A stretch of 64,000 bases of DNA from a bacterium (GTDB lineage: Bacteria; Sumerlaeota; Sumerlaeia; SLMS01; JAHLLQ01), in assembly GCA_020444065.1 (NCBI GenBank), contig JAHLLQ010000010.1, positions 11,677-75,676 of the forward strand, written 5' to 3'. Below the pieces are notes generated by a model. It was not told the origin of the DNA. It worked only from the letters and a program-made list of their open reading frames with translations, and did not search any database. This document shows positions 1-6,615 of the stretch, piece after piece. How positions within the stretch are numbered: the stretch's first letter is position 1; every line of letters starts with the position of its first letter. Made by a program: the position numbers and the translations under genes.

Positions 1-134
1 ATCAGCCGCGGGGTGGGAACGAGCGCTTTGTACTTCCGCTGGAACTGCCGGCCGGAGATTGTGCTGGCGACGTTGCACGTGCCGAGGTAGGGGGGCTGGA
101 CTTTCCTTGGGCAAGGAGTAGGGACATTGTTACG

Positions 135-1175
135 TTGAGAGATTCTGAAGCCTGTCGAAGCCCCTCTCGCAAACGTCTTTTAGGGCTTGAAGCTCCTCGG
201 CGGCAGAAGCGATTGTTGAATTGTGGATGTACCATGAGACGCAATTATGACTGGGATGTTTGTGCGATGCTGGTTGACCAGTCACAAGGCATTGACAAGA
301 CACGGCTTGCAGCGATTTCCGCGCTATTCAGCGCGGGAGTTTTGCGCAGATTGATGCAGCCCAGCCCAAATGAAGGCCTTTGTCGGCTCGTCCAGCAATC
401 AGGCCTTTCCTCAGCGCTTGGACCCGATGCGCCTCTGGCCGATTTCCTCGAGGCGGCTCATAGAGTTCTTGAGAGGCCCGCCTATCGAAATGAATACACC
501 TACAAATCCGCTATCACACAGAAGCTGCTTCTGGGTCGCCACTCCTTGAAAACGGCTACTCTGTTGAGCGAGTTTCGAGTCCGAAATTCCGTGGCAGACC
601 TAGTAATATTGAATGGTACATCGACGGTCTACGAGATAAAATCTGAACGTGATTCCTTAGACAGATTGTCGGGACAGTTGAGAGATTACCAGGAGGTCTT
701 CGCCAACACCTACGTTGTCACCGGCCCCTCACGAAGAAATCAAGTGTTGGAATTGCTCCCCTGTGGCGTCGGACTCCTAATACTCACTGAAAGAGGCACC
801 CTCTCACGAGCGCGCGCTGCGATCTGCGGAGCAGCCAGCATCAATCCAAGGACTATCTTCGATTCCATCCGAACGCAAGAAGCAATGGAAGTGCTTCGAA
901 TGTGCGGGAGGCCGGTGCCTGATTTGCCAAATACGAGAATACGATCGGCGCTTGCAGAGGCCTTTACGGACATAGAGCCTATCGAATTGCATCGGGCTGT
1001 TGTTTCCGTTATGCGCAAGACGCGAAGTTCGGAGTCTCTGAGAGAGGTCCTCTCCCGCCTGCCTCGTTCCTTACATGCTTTCGCGCTTTCCGTGAGAATG
1101 CGTAGACAGGACAAGACGCGGCTACTCCAGGCAATGAAATTGCCGCTGAAGGAATATCTGAAGAGGAGACTGTAA
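135..1175 (+). CDS. PD-(D/E)xK nuclease-fold protein, sce7726-like; first gene of a 3-gene operon. True start may be ATG at 234 (gives ~314 aa)
   Basis: 346-aa ORF. Core motif VADLVILNGTSTVYEIKSERD fits D-x(n)-E-x-K of restriction-endonuclease-like fold. Stop overlaps next start (TAATG at 1173-1177). Region GC visibly lower than rest of window. Confidence 0.55.
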   Translation: MRDSEACRSPSRKRLLGLEAPRRQKRLLNCGCTMRRNYDWDVCAMLVDQSQGIDKTRLAAISALFSAGVLRRLMQPSPNEGLCRLVQQSGLSSALGPDAPLADFLEAAHRVLERPAYRNEYTYKSAITQKLLLGRHSLKTATLLSEFRVRNSVADLVILNGTSTVYEIKSERDSLDRLSGQLRDYQEVFANTYVVTGPSRRNQVLELLPCGVGLLILTERGTLSRARAAICGAASINPRTIFDSIRTQEAMEVLRMCGRPVPDLPNTRIRSALAEAFTDIEPIELHRAVVSVMRKTRSSESLREVLSRLPRSLHAFALSVRMRRQDKTRLLQAMKLPLKEYLKRRL

Positions 1176-2140
1176 TGGGTATCTACTACCCGTACTACCG
1201 AGGGAAGCAGTTCGAACTGAGCTCAATCCGCGAATGCGCCGAGATTATGGCCACCTGTGGATTCGTTCCCATTATCGAGCCCGTACGAGAATCCACCAGG
1301 GCGCTAGAGCGGACACTGCGAGCCGTTGCCGATTTTGGGGGACAAGCGATCGTTATCTTGAATCCAGTGCATGGGGAGCGAATGGATGATCAGGAATCCA
1401 CTCTTCGCCTCCTGCGTTCAATAGATACCAGAAGCGGTGGACTCGTGGTTTGTGGATTCCTGCTCACTGGCGACACGGCACTGGATCACATAGAGGAACT
1501 CGTTCGATCTGCACGTGATTTGCCAATCGCGTTTATTCACTATGGTTTTGGGTCTCCCATGGAGTTGTCAGGACTAATAAACAGAATCGCACCAGGCTCT
1601 ATTCAGATCTTCGAGGATCAGCATTGTGGAATGCTGTATCGGAGACATTTCCGAGACAAGGAAATCAGAGTTCTTCTGCATGATGGCTTCGTGAGGCGCC
1701 AGCGAAATAGCGATTATCCTCCAAGAGACTTCTTTTCAGAACTGCATCTTACATATCCCGACCAAGGAGCCACGGGCTTTGGGGACTTCTTGATCGTCGG
1801 AGATGAATACTCGGATGGCGGCGGGCCAGCCTATGCGGTGACAATTCACATTTCATACATTGACCGGACTCAGGAAGACCAGATGTATGTATCCCACTTC
1901 ATGTCTCATCGTCGGGATGACCCGACAGATCCGGCAGGGAAATTCGCCGAGGCCTTGCATGAGTTGATGTCTGAATTGGATAGACCCAATTGCCAAATCT
2001 ACGACACAGAAGCCATGAGAGAATTTCGAGACCTACACACAAGGGGCCACTTCCCCGGACTTGGTTATGTCAAGAAGCTCTCAATGAACCACCATGTCCA
2101 GACACTTGCCGGATTCTTTAGAGGGGGCACCACGCGATGA
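1175..2140 (+). CDS. T4 Beta_protein-family protein (sce7725-like), function unknown; second gene of operon
   Basis: 321-aa ORF. N-terminus MGIYYPYYRGKQFELSSIRE matches the characteristic Y-x-P-x-L/Y-K/R-x-K-x-G-E-x-x-A/S-L start of the Beta_protein/sce7725 family. ATGA overlap with downstream gene at 2137-2140. Confidence 0.6.
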   Translation: MGIYYPYYRGKQFELSSIRECAEIMATCGFVPIIEPVRESTRALERTLRAVADFGGQAIVILNPVHGERMDDQESTLRLLRSIDTRSGGLVVCGFLLTGDTALDHIEELVRSARDLPIAFIHYGFGSPMELSGLINRIAPGSIQIFEDQHCGMLYRRHFRDKEIRVLLHDGFVRRQRNSDYPPRDFFSELHLTYPDQGATGFGDFLIVGDEYSDGGGPAYAVTIHISYIDRTQEDQMYVSHFMSHRRDDPTDPAGKFAEALHELMSELDRPNCQIYDTEAMREFRDLHTRGHFPGLGYVKKLSMNHHVQTLAGFFRGGTTR

Positions 2141-3168
2141 AGTGCTGCCCAAATTGCATCGGGGACACTTGGATTGAGGAGGAGATGTCGTACATCTGGT
2201 CGGAGCAAATGGACAAATGCGACTACTGCGATAGAGAGAATGTCCGGGTTTTTGATCCCATTCTGATGCGGAATTGCTTTGAGTTGGTTCTTTCGGCCTA
2301 CCGGAAAGACAATGGCGGAAGACCGATTCTCGAACTGCTCATGGATGACTGGGCTCTGTTTCCCCAACTCCCACCCGATAGAGCGACGGCATTGCTCACC
2401 GAAGTCCTGGATGATCAAGCGATTGGGGTTGATACGTACATACCGCGGGATTCGTTCTCATCGAATAAGATTGAGGCGTGGGAAGAATTGAAGGTCGAAC
2501 TCAAACATAGAAATCGCTTCTTTCCAGCCTCTCGTATGGACCACGATAGGCTCCGGAATTTACTAGACTTTCTAATTCTGCAAGACAGTCATCCGTCACG
2601 AACATGGTTTCGCGCGCGGCTGCAGGCTGGTACTGCTGCCTACTCCGAGTCAGAGATGGGTGCACCACCAGAGGATACAGCATCGCATGGCCGTGCCAAT
2701 CCGGCGGGAATTCCATACCTTTATCTGGCTTCAGAACCCGAGACTGCGCTTTCTGAGATTCGTCCCCATGTGGGAGACTTGGCAACGGTTGCCAATGTGG
2801 CACTGAGAAAGAGACTCAAGATAGTCGATCTTCGTCATCCTCGGAAGACGGTTTCTCCACTCTCGGTGACAGATGAATCGGAGGTCGCGCAGTTGAGAGT
2901 GGATATCGGCTTTTTGGAGAAACTCGGAGAGGAATTATCACGGCCTGTCCTCCCGAATGTGGCTGCTATCGACTACATTCCTACGCAGTATCTCTGCGAG
3001 TTGATCAAGACGTTCCATTTCGATGGCGTGATGTATGCCAGTTCTGTTGGAGAAGGTGACAACTTAGCCCTTTTTGAGCCTGAAGCTGCTGTCTCGGAGA
3101 TCAACAATCCAAAGACATACCAAGTAATCCGCGTGTCCGTTGATGCATCGCCAGTCTCATCTTTGTAG
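2137..3168 (+). CDS. Zn-ribbon N-terminal domain (HEPN/RES-NTD1-like) fused to RES-domain toxin-like protein; third gene of operon
   Basis: 343 aa. N-terminal CPNC...CDYC zinc ribbon. RES hallmarks: HGRANPAGIPYLYLASEPETALSE (R..E), and YIPTQYL...FDGVMYASSVGEGDNLALFEP C-terminal block typical of RES (PF08808). Confidence 0.72.
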   Translation: MKCCPNCIGDTWIEEEMSYIWSEQMDKCDYCDRENVRVFDPILMRNCFELVLSAYRKDNGGRPILELLMDDWALFPQLPPDRATALLTEVLDDQAIGVDTYIPRDSFSSNKIEAWEELKVELKHRNRFFPASRMDHDRLRNLLDFLILQDSHPSRTWFRARLQAGTAAYSESEMGAPPEDTASHGRANPAGIPYLYLASEPETALSEIRPHVGDLATVANVALRKRLKIVDLRHPRKTVSPLSVTDESEVAQLRVDIGFLEKLGEELSRPVLPNVAAIDYIPTQYLCELIKTFHFDGVMYASSVGEGDNLALFEPEAAVSEINNPKTYQVIRVSVDASPVSSL

Positions 3169-3260
3169 GGGGACTCCTTCAATAAGGCAGATGACCAGAC
3201 AGGCAGATATGTGCTCCAACATCTATCGGCATCTCCAGTGGCAGTGAATTAATCCAGCTG

Positions 3261-4172
3261 TTACCGGCATGTTCCAGCCGATTCGGACAGATTCTCAATC
3301 AGTCCAATCAATTCCAAAGTTGAACACAGAACTCCAATGGCGGCATCAGGGGGGGCGCCTTGTTTGTCCCATTGTTTGAGGGGGGCGGTTTCGGTGGCGG
3401 TGAGGAGTTGGAGGGCCTCGGCGCGGGTTTCTGGATTTATCATTTCCGGCGGGGCGGTTTCGAGGACCTGGCGCGTGAGGCGGGTGAGGCGGATCATGCG
3501 GTGGAGTGGGAATTTGGTGCGGCGGGTGGCGTTGTCGACGTCGATGCGCATCCAGTCGCCGGCGGGTTGAATGACGATGTTCTCGAGATCGAGGTTGCGT
3601 GTGTAGAAGCCTTCGCGTTCGAGCATGGTGACGGTGCCGAGGACTCGGACGAGTTCGGTGAGGCAGTTGTCGCCGGGGCCGGTTTTGTTAATGACGTTGG
3701 CGAGGCCGGTGCCGGGTAGGAAGGGCATGATCTCAATGACCCAGTCGTGCGATCGGTCGGGGAGCAGTCCGAGCGCAAGGAACGGGCAAAGCGGAAAGTC
3801 GGGATTGGCGGCGCGCTCGCGGTCGATGGCTTTGGCCAGGTCGGTGAGGACTTCGACGCGGTCTTTGGGGTCGCGGAATTGCGCGAGCTTGAGTGCGACT
3901 TTGCCGGTGATATCGGAGTCGGTCTGCCAGGTGATGCCGAGAGCTTTTTTCCAATCGCCGCGGAGTTCGGTTTCGTAGACGGCGCCGACATTGCCGACGG
4001 CGATCATGTTCGGGGCGTGGAGGATGTCGCCGAGTTCGCCAACCATGGCGGTGACTTCGTTTGCGAGGCGACGTTTTTTGGCGCTGCGCGAGTTGTTGTA
4101 ACGCACGGTGGCGTAGGCGGCCCCGACGAGGATGATAACGACGACGGCGAAGAGCAGCGGAAGGGGTGGCAA
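3261..4172 (-). CDS. N-terminally membrane-anchored protein-kinase-like protein with degenerate catalytic loop (possible pseudokinase)
   Basis: 303 aa. N-terminal TM helix PLPLLFAVVVIILVGAAY. Gly-rich-loop-like VGNVGAVYE. TRNLDLENIV where canonical kinases have HRDLKPENIL. RIDVDNA in DFG position. Confidence 0.45.
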   Translation of the reverse strand: MPPLPLLFAVVVIILVGAAYATVRYNNSRSAKKRRLANEVTAMVGELGDILHAPNMIAVGNVGAVYETELRGDWKKALGITWQTDSDITGKVALKLAQFRDPKDRVEVLTDLAKAIDRERAANPDFPLCPFLALGLLPDRSHDWVIEIMPFLPGTGLANVINKTGPGDNCLTELVRVLGTVTMLEREGFYTRNLDLENIVIQPAGDWMRIDVDNATRRTKFPLHRMIRLTRLTRQVLETAPPEMINPETRAEALQLLTATETAPLKQWDKQGAPPDAAIGVLCSTLELIGLIENLSESAGTCR

Positions 4173-4289
4173 GGCCGGGCTCCGTTTGTTGGAATGGGGT
4201 GAGCATCCACCACGGACCGGAAGGCGCGCAAGCCTTCATGAATGGCGAGGGCCCGCGGGGAGACCAATGGGATCGACATGGGTTTTTGT

Positions 4290-4301
4290 GGGGGGGGGGG
4301 G
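4290..4301. repeat. G12 homopolymer tract in divergent promoter region between kinase-like gene and lpxD
   Basis: Sequence tgtgGGGGGGGGGGGGaggg read directly at 4290-4301. Confidence 0.9.
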
Positions 4302-4312
4302 AGGGAAAGTTA

Positions 4313-4351
4313 TTAGTGGCTAGTGATTAGTGACTAGTGGCTGGTGGCGAG
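4313..4351. repeat. Heptanucleotide tandem repeat (GTGGCTA/GTGATTA/GTGACTA...), ~5 units
   Basis: ttaGTGGCTAGTGATTAGTGACTAGTGGCTGGTGGCGAg. Same repeat family recurs at 5905, 53524 and 53698. Confidence 0.85.
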
Positions 4352-4449
4352 CGCGGGGGAGCTGGGGTTGTACGCTTCTGTTGACGGTCACCGGCGGGGG
4401 GCGGTTCTTTGGGGGCGCTGGATTTGAACTCTTCGCAGGTACGGATTCG

Positions 4450-5487
4450 ATGCGCAAAAACGACAAGCCGATATTGCTCTCCGAGCTGTGTAGCCGGGTG
4501 AATGTTCCGATGCCGGAGGGCCGGCCGGATCGAGAGATTACGGGAATTACGACGTTGGATCTGGCGGGGCCGACGGAGGCCTCGTTTGTGATCCGGAGGA
4601 AGCTGGTGCCGCGGGCGCTGGAGTCGGAGGCGGGGGTGATTCTGGTGCCGCCGAGCCTGCGGATAGATGATGAGCGGGCGGTGACGGTGCCGGAGGTATG
4701 GGCCGGGGTGCTGGTGCTGCTGGAGCATTTCTATCCGGCGCTGCCGCCGGAGGCCGTCGTTCATCCGACGGCGATCGTGCCGGAGTCGACGACGCTGGGC
4801 GACCAGGTGAGCATCGGGCCGTATTGTGTGCTGGAGGAGAACGTGACGATCGGCGCTCGGACGCGGATCGGGGCGTTCAATTCGATCGGCCGCGATGTGT
4901 CGATCGGGGCGGATTGCCGTCTGCACGATCGGGTGACGCTGGCGATCGATACGCAAGTCGGCGATCGGGTGATTTTGCATTCGGGCGTAGTGATCGGCGC
5001 TGATGGCTTCAAGTACGAGGTGATCGGCGGCCGGTTGCTGAAGGTGCCGCAGGTCGGTAACGTGGTTATCGAGGATGATGTGGAGATCGGGGCGAACTCG
5101 ACGGTGGATCGGGCGAGTTTTGCGACAACGCGGATCGGCGCCCGGACGAAGATCGACAACATGGCTCACATCGGTCACAATGTGGAGGTCGGGTCGGATT
5201 GCCTGATCGTGGCGCAGGTTGGCGTGGGCGGTTCGTCGAAGATCGGTCGCGGCGTGATCATTGGCGGACACGCGGGGATCGCTGACAATACGGAGATCGG
5301 CGACGGTTCGAAGATCGCGGCGATGGCGGGGCTTCACGGCAAGATCCCACCGCGGTCGGTTCTGGCGGGTGCGCCAGCGATGGACGCGAATGTGTGGCGG
5401 AAGATGGCAGCGATTAATCGCAAGTTGCCGGAGGTGTGGCCGAAGCTGCGTCGCATCGCGGACGATCTGAACGAAAACCACGACTAG
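4450..5487 (+). CDS. lpxD: UDP-3-O-(3-hydroxyacyl)glucosamine N-acyltransferase
   Basis: Left-handed beta-helix hexapeptide repeats (IGARTRIGAFNSIGRDVSIGADCRLHDRVTL..., VEIGANSTVDRA). N-terminal LpxD-type domain. Start chosen at ATG 4450 (MRKNDKPILLSEL); upstream part of the track ORF is probably not coding. Confidence 0.85.
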   Translation: MRKNDKPILLSELCSRVNVPMPEGRPDREITGITTLDLAGPTEASFVIRRKLVPRALESEAGVILVPPSLRIDDERAVTVPEVWAGVLVLLEHFYPALPPEAVVHPTAIVPESTTLGDQVSIGPYCVLEENVTIGARTRIGAFNSIGRDVSIGADCRLHDRVTLAIDTQVGDRVILHSGVVIGADGFKYEVIGGRLLKVPQVGNVVIEDDVEIGANSTVDRASFATTRIGARTKIDNMAHIGHNVEVGSDCLIVAQVGVGGSSKIGRGVIIGGHAGIADNTEIGDGSKIAAMAGLHGKIPPRSVLAGAPAMDANVWRKMAAINRKLPEVWPKLRRIADDLNENHD

Positions 5488-5494
5488 AGGCTGT

Positions 5495-5920
5495 ATGGAA
5501 GACTTTGTCGCGATTACGACGGGGACGCTGAGTCTGGATGCGGTGGTGGAAGCCATCGGGCACCAGGCGCTGGCGGAGGCTCCGCCTGGCTCGGACCGGG
5601 AGGCGGGTGCGCTGGTGACGTTTTCGGGCATCGTGCGCGAGACCGAAGGCGATCGGAAGATTCCAAGCCTGCAGTATGAGCACTATCCGCGCATGGCAGA
5701 GAAGGAAATGGGCCGTTTGGTGGAACGCGCGCGCGAGAAGTGGGAGCTGCGTCGCGTGGCGATGGTTCATCGCGTGGGAGAGGTCCCGGTGGGCGAGTCG
5801 TCGATTGTTGTGGCGGTGAGCGCCGGCCATCGTCCGGAAGCGTTCGAGGCTGCACGGTTCCTGATCGATGAGTTGAAGAAGAGTGTGCCGATTTGGAAGA
5901 AAGCACTGGCGAGTGATTAG
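5495..5920 (+). CDS. moaE: Molybdopterin synthase catalytic subunit
   Basis: 141 aa. Motifs TFSGIVRE..., MVHRVGEVPVGESSIVVAVSAGHRPEAFEAARFLIDELKKSVPIWKK typical of MoaE. Confidence 0.8.
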   Translation: MEDFVAITTGTLSLDAVVEAIGHQALAEAPPGSDREAGALVTFSGIVRETEGDRKIPSLQYEHYPRMAEKEMGRLVERAREKWELRRVAMVHRVGEVPVGESSIVVAVSAGHRPEAFEAARFLIDELKKSVPIWKKALASD

Positions 5921-5931
5921 TGGCTAGTGGC
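5905..5931. repeat. Heptanucleotide tandem repeat (GTGATTA GTGGCTA GTGGCGA) overlapping moaE stop
   Basis: ggcgaGTGATTAGTGGCTAGTGGCGAGTaagag; stop codon of moaE lies inside the repeat. Confidence 0.8.
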
Positions 5932-5966
5932 GAGTAAGAGCAGAAGAGTGCTGGTGGTGTTCTCTG

Positions 5967-6599
5967 ATGATTCGTTGGGTTTACGGTGTTCTGGTGGCTG
6001 GGCTGCTGGCGGGGTGTGGTCCGCTGGTGAGCGATCCGGATGCGCTTCCGGAGCGGTCGGGGCCGCCTGTGGTGGGGGTGGATGCGCGGAATTTGCGGAC
6101 GGAGTTGCGACGCACGCCGGTGGCGGTGGGCGATGAGGTTCCGTTTCTTATACTAACGGATCAGCTTGGAAATGATGTGTCGACGGTGGAACTGACGACG
6201 AGTCAGGATACGGTGATGATTTTCCTACCGCCGATGGATTCGCCGGCAGTGCGTCCGGCGGTGCAGTGGGTTCGCCAGAATCGCGATCTGGTTAAGACGC
6301 GTGGGGCGGAGGTTGTGCTGGTGACACCGACGCCGCCGGAGGTGAACGGGCCGCTGGCGAAGGCAGAGGATTTGCACGTTGCGGTGCTGTCGGATCCGAG
6401 CGGTTGGGGGGCGCGTGCTTTCGGGTTGGCGCATCGCAGTTCGACGTCGGGCGTGAATCGTCCGTGGACGGTGATCGCGGGGCGCGAAGGGCGCGTGTAC
6501 GCGGCGCAATCGGGATTGATGGAGGTGACGGAGGTCATCCAGACGCTGGCCGTTCGCCCGACGGGCGAAGACGGCGGCGTGTTCGACTTGATCAAATGA
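5967..6599 (+). CDS. Thioredoxin-fold (AhpC/TSA-like) lipoprotein lacking the peroxidatic Cys
   Basis: Lipobox LLAGCGP. Redoxin-like order of hydrophobic blocks (VPFLILTDQLGNDVS...VMIFLPP...GAEVVLVTPT...LSDPSGWGARAFG...WTVIAGREGRVYA) but no CxxC or peroxidatic Cys. Confidence 0.4.
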   Translation: MIRWVYGVLVAGLLAGCGPLVSDPDALPERSGPPVVGVDARNLRTELRRTPVAVGDEVPFLILTDQLGNDVSTVELTTSQDTVMIFLPPMDSPAVRPAVQWVRQNRDLVKTRGAEVVLVTPTPPEVNGPLAKAEDLHVAVLSDPSGWGARAFGLAHRSSTSGVNRPWTVIAGREGRVYAAQSGLMEVTEVIQTLAVRPTGEDGGVFDLIK

Positions 6600-6615
6600 A
6601 CCCGAGAAACGATCG

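Noticed and set aside
2-244. 80-aa minus-strand ORF at window start
   Set aside because: Truncated by window edge, Ser/Pro/Arg-rich, overlaps the 5' end of the sce7726-like gene. No support.
3360-4239. Several overlapping ORFs (3360-3719, 3494-3991, 3625-3978, 3733-4239, 3747-4202) inside the kinase-like gene region
   Set aside because: All are low-complexity alternate-frame products of GC-rich DNA. Only the 3261-4172 minus frame has TM plus kinase-like motifs.
4327-5631. 434-aa ORF on minus strand antisense to lpxD
   Set aside because: Arg/Pro/His-rich low-complexity translation typical of an out-of-frame read of high-GC coding DNA. lpxD on the plus strand has clear domain signatures.
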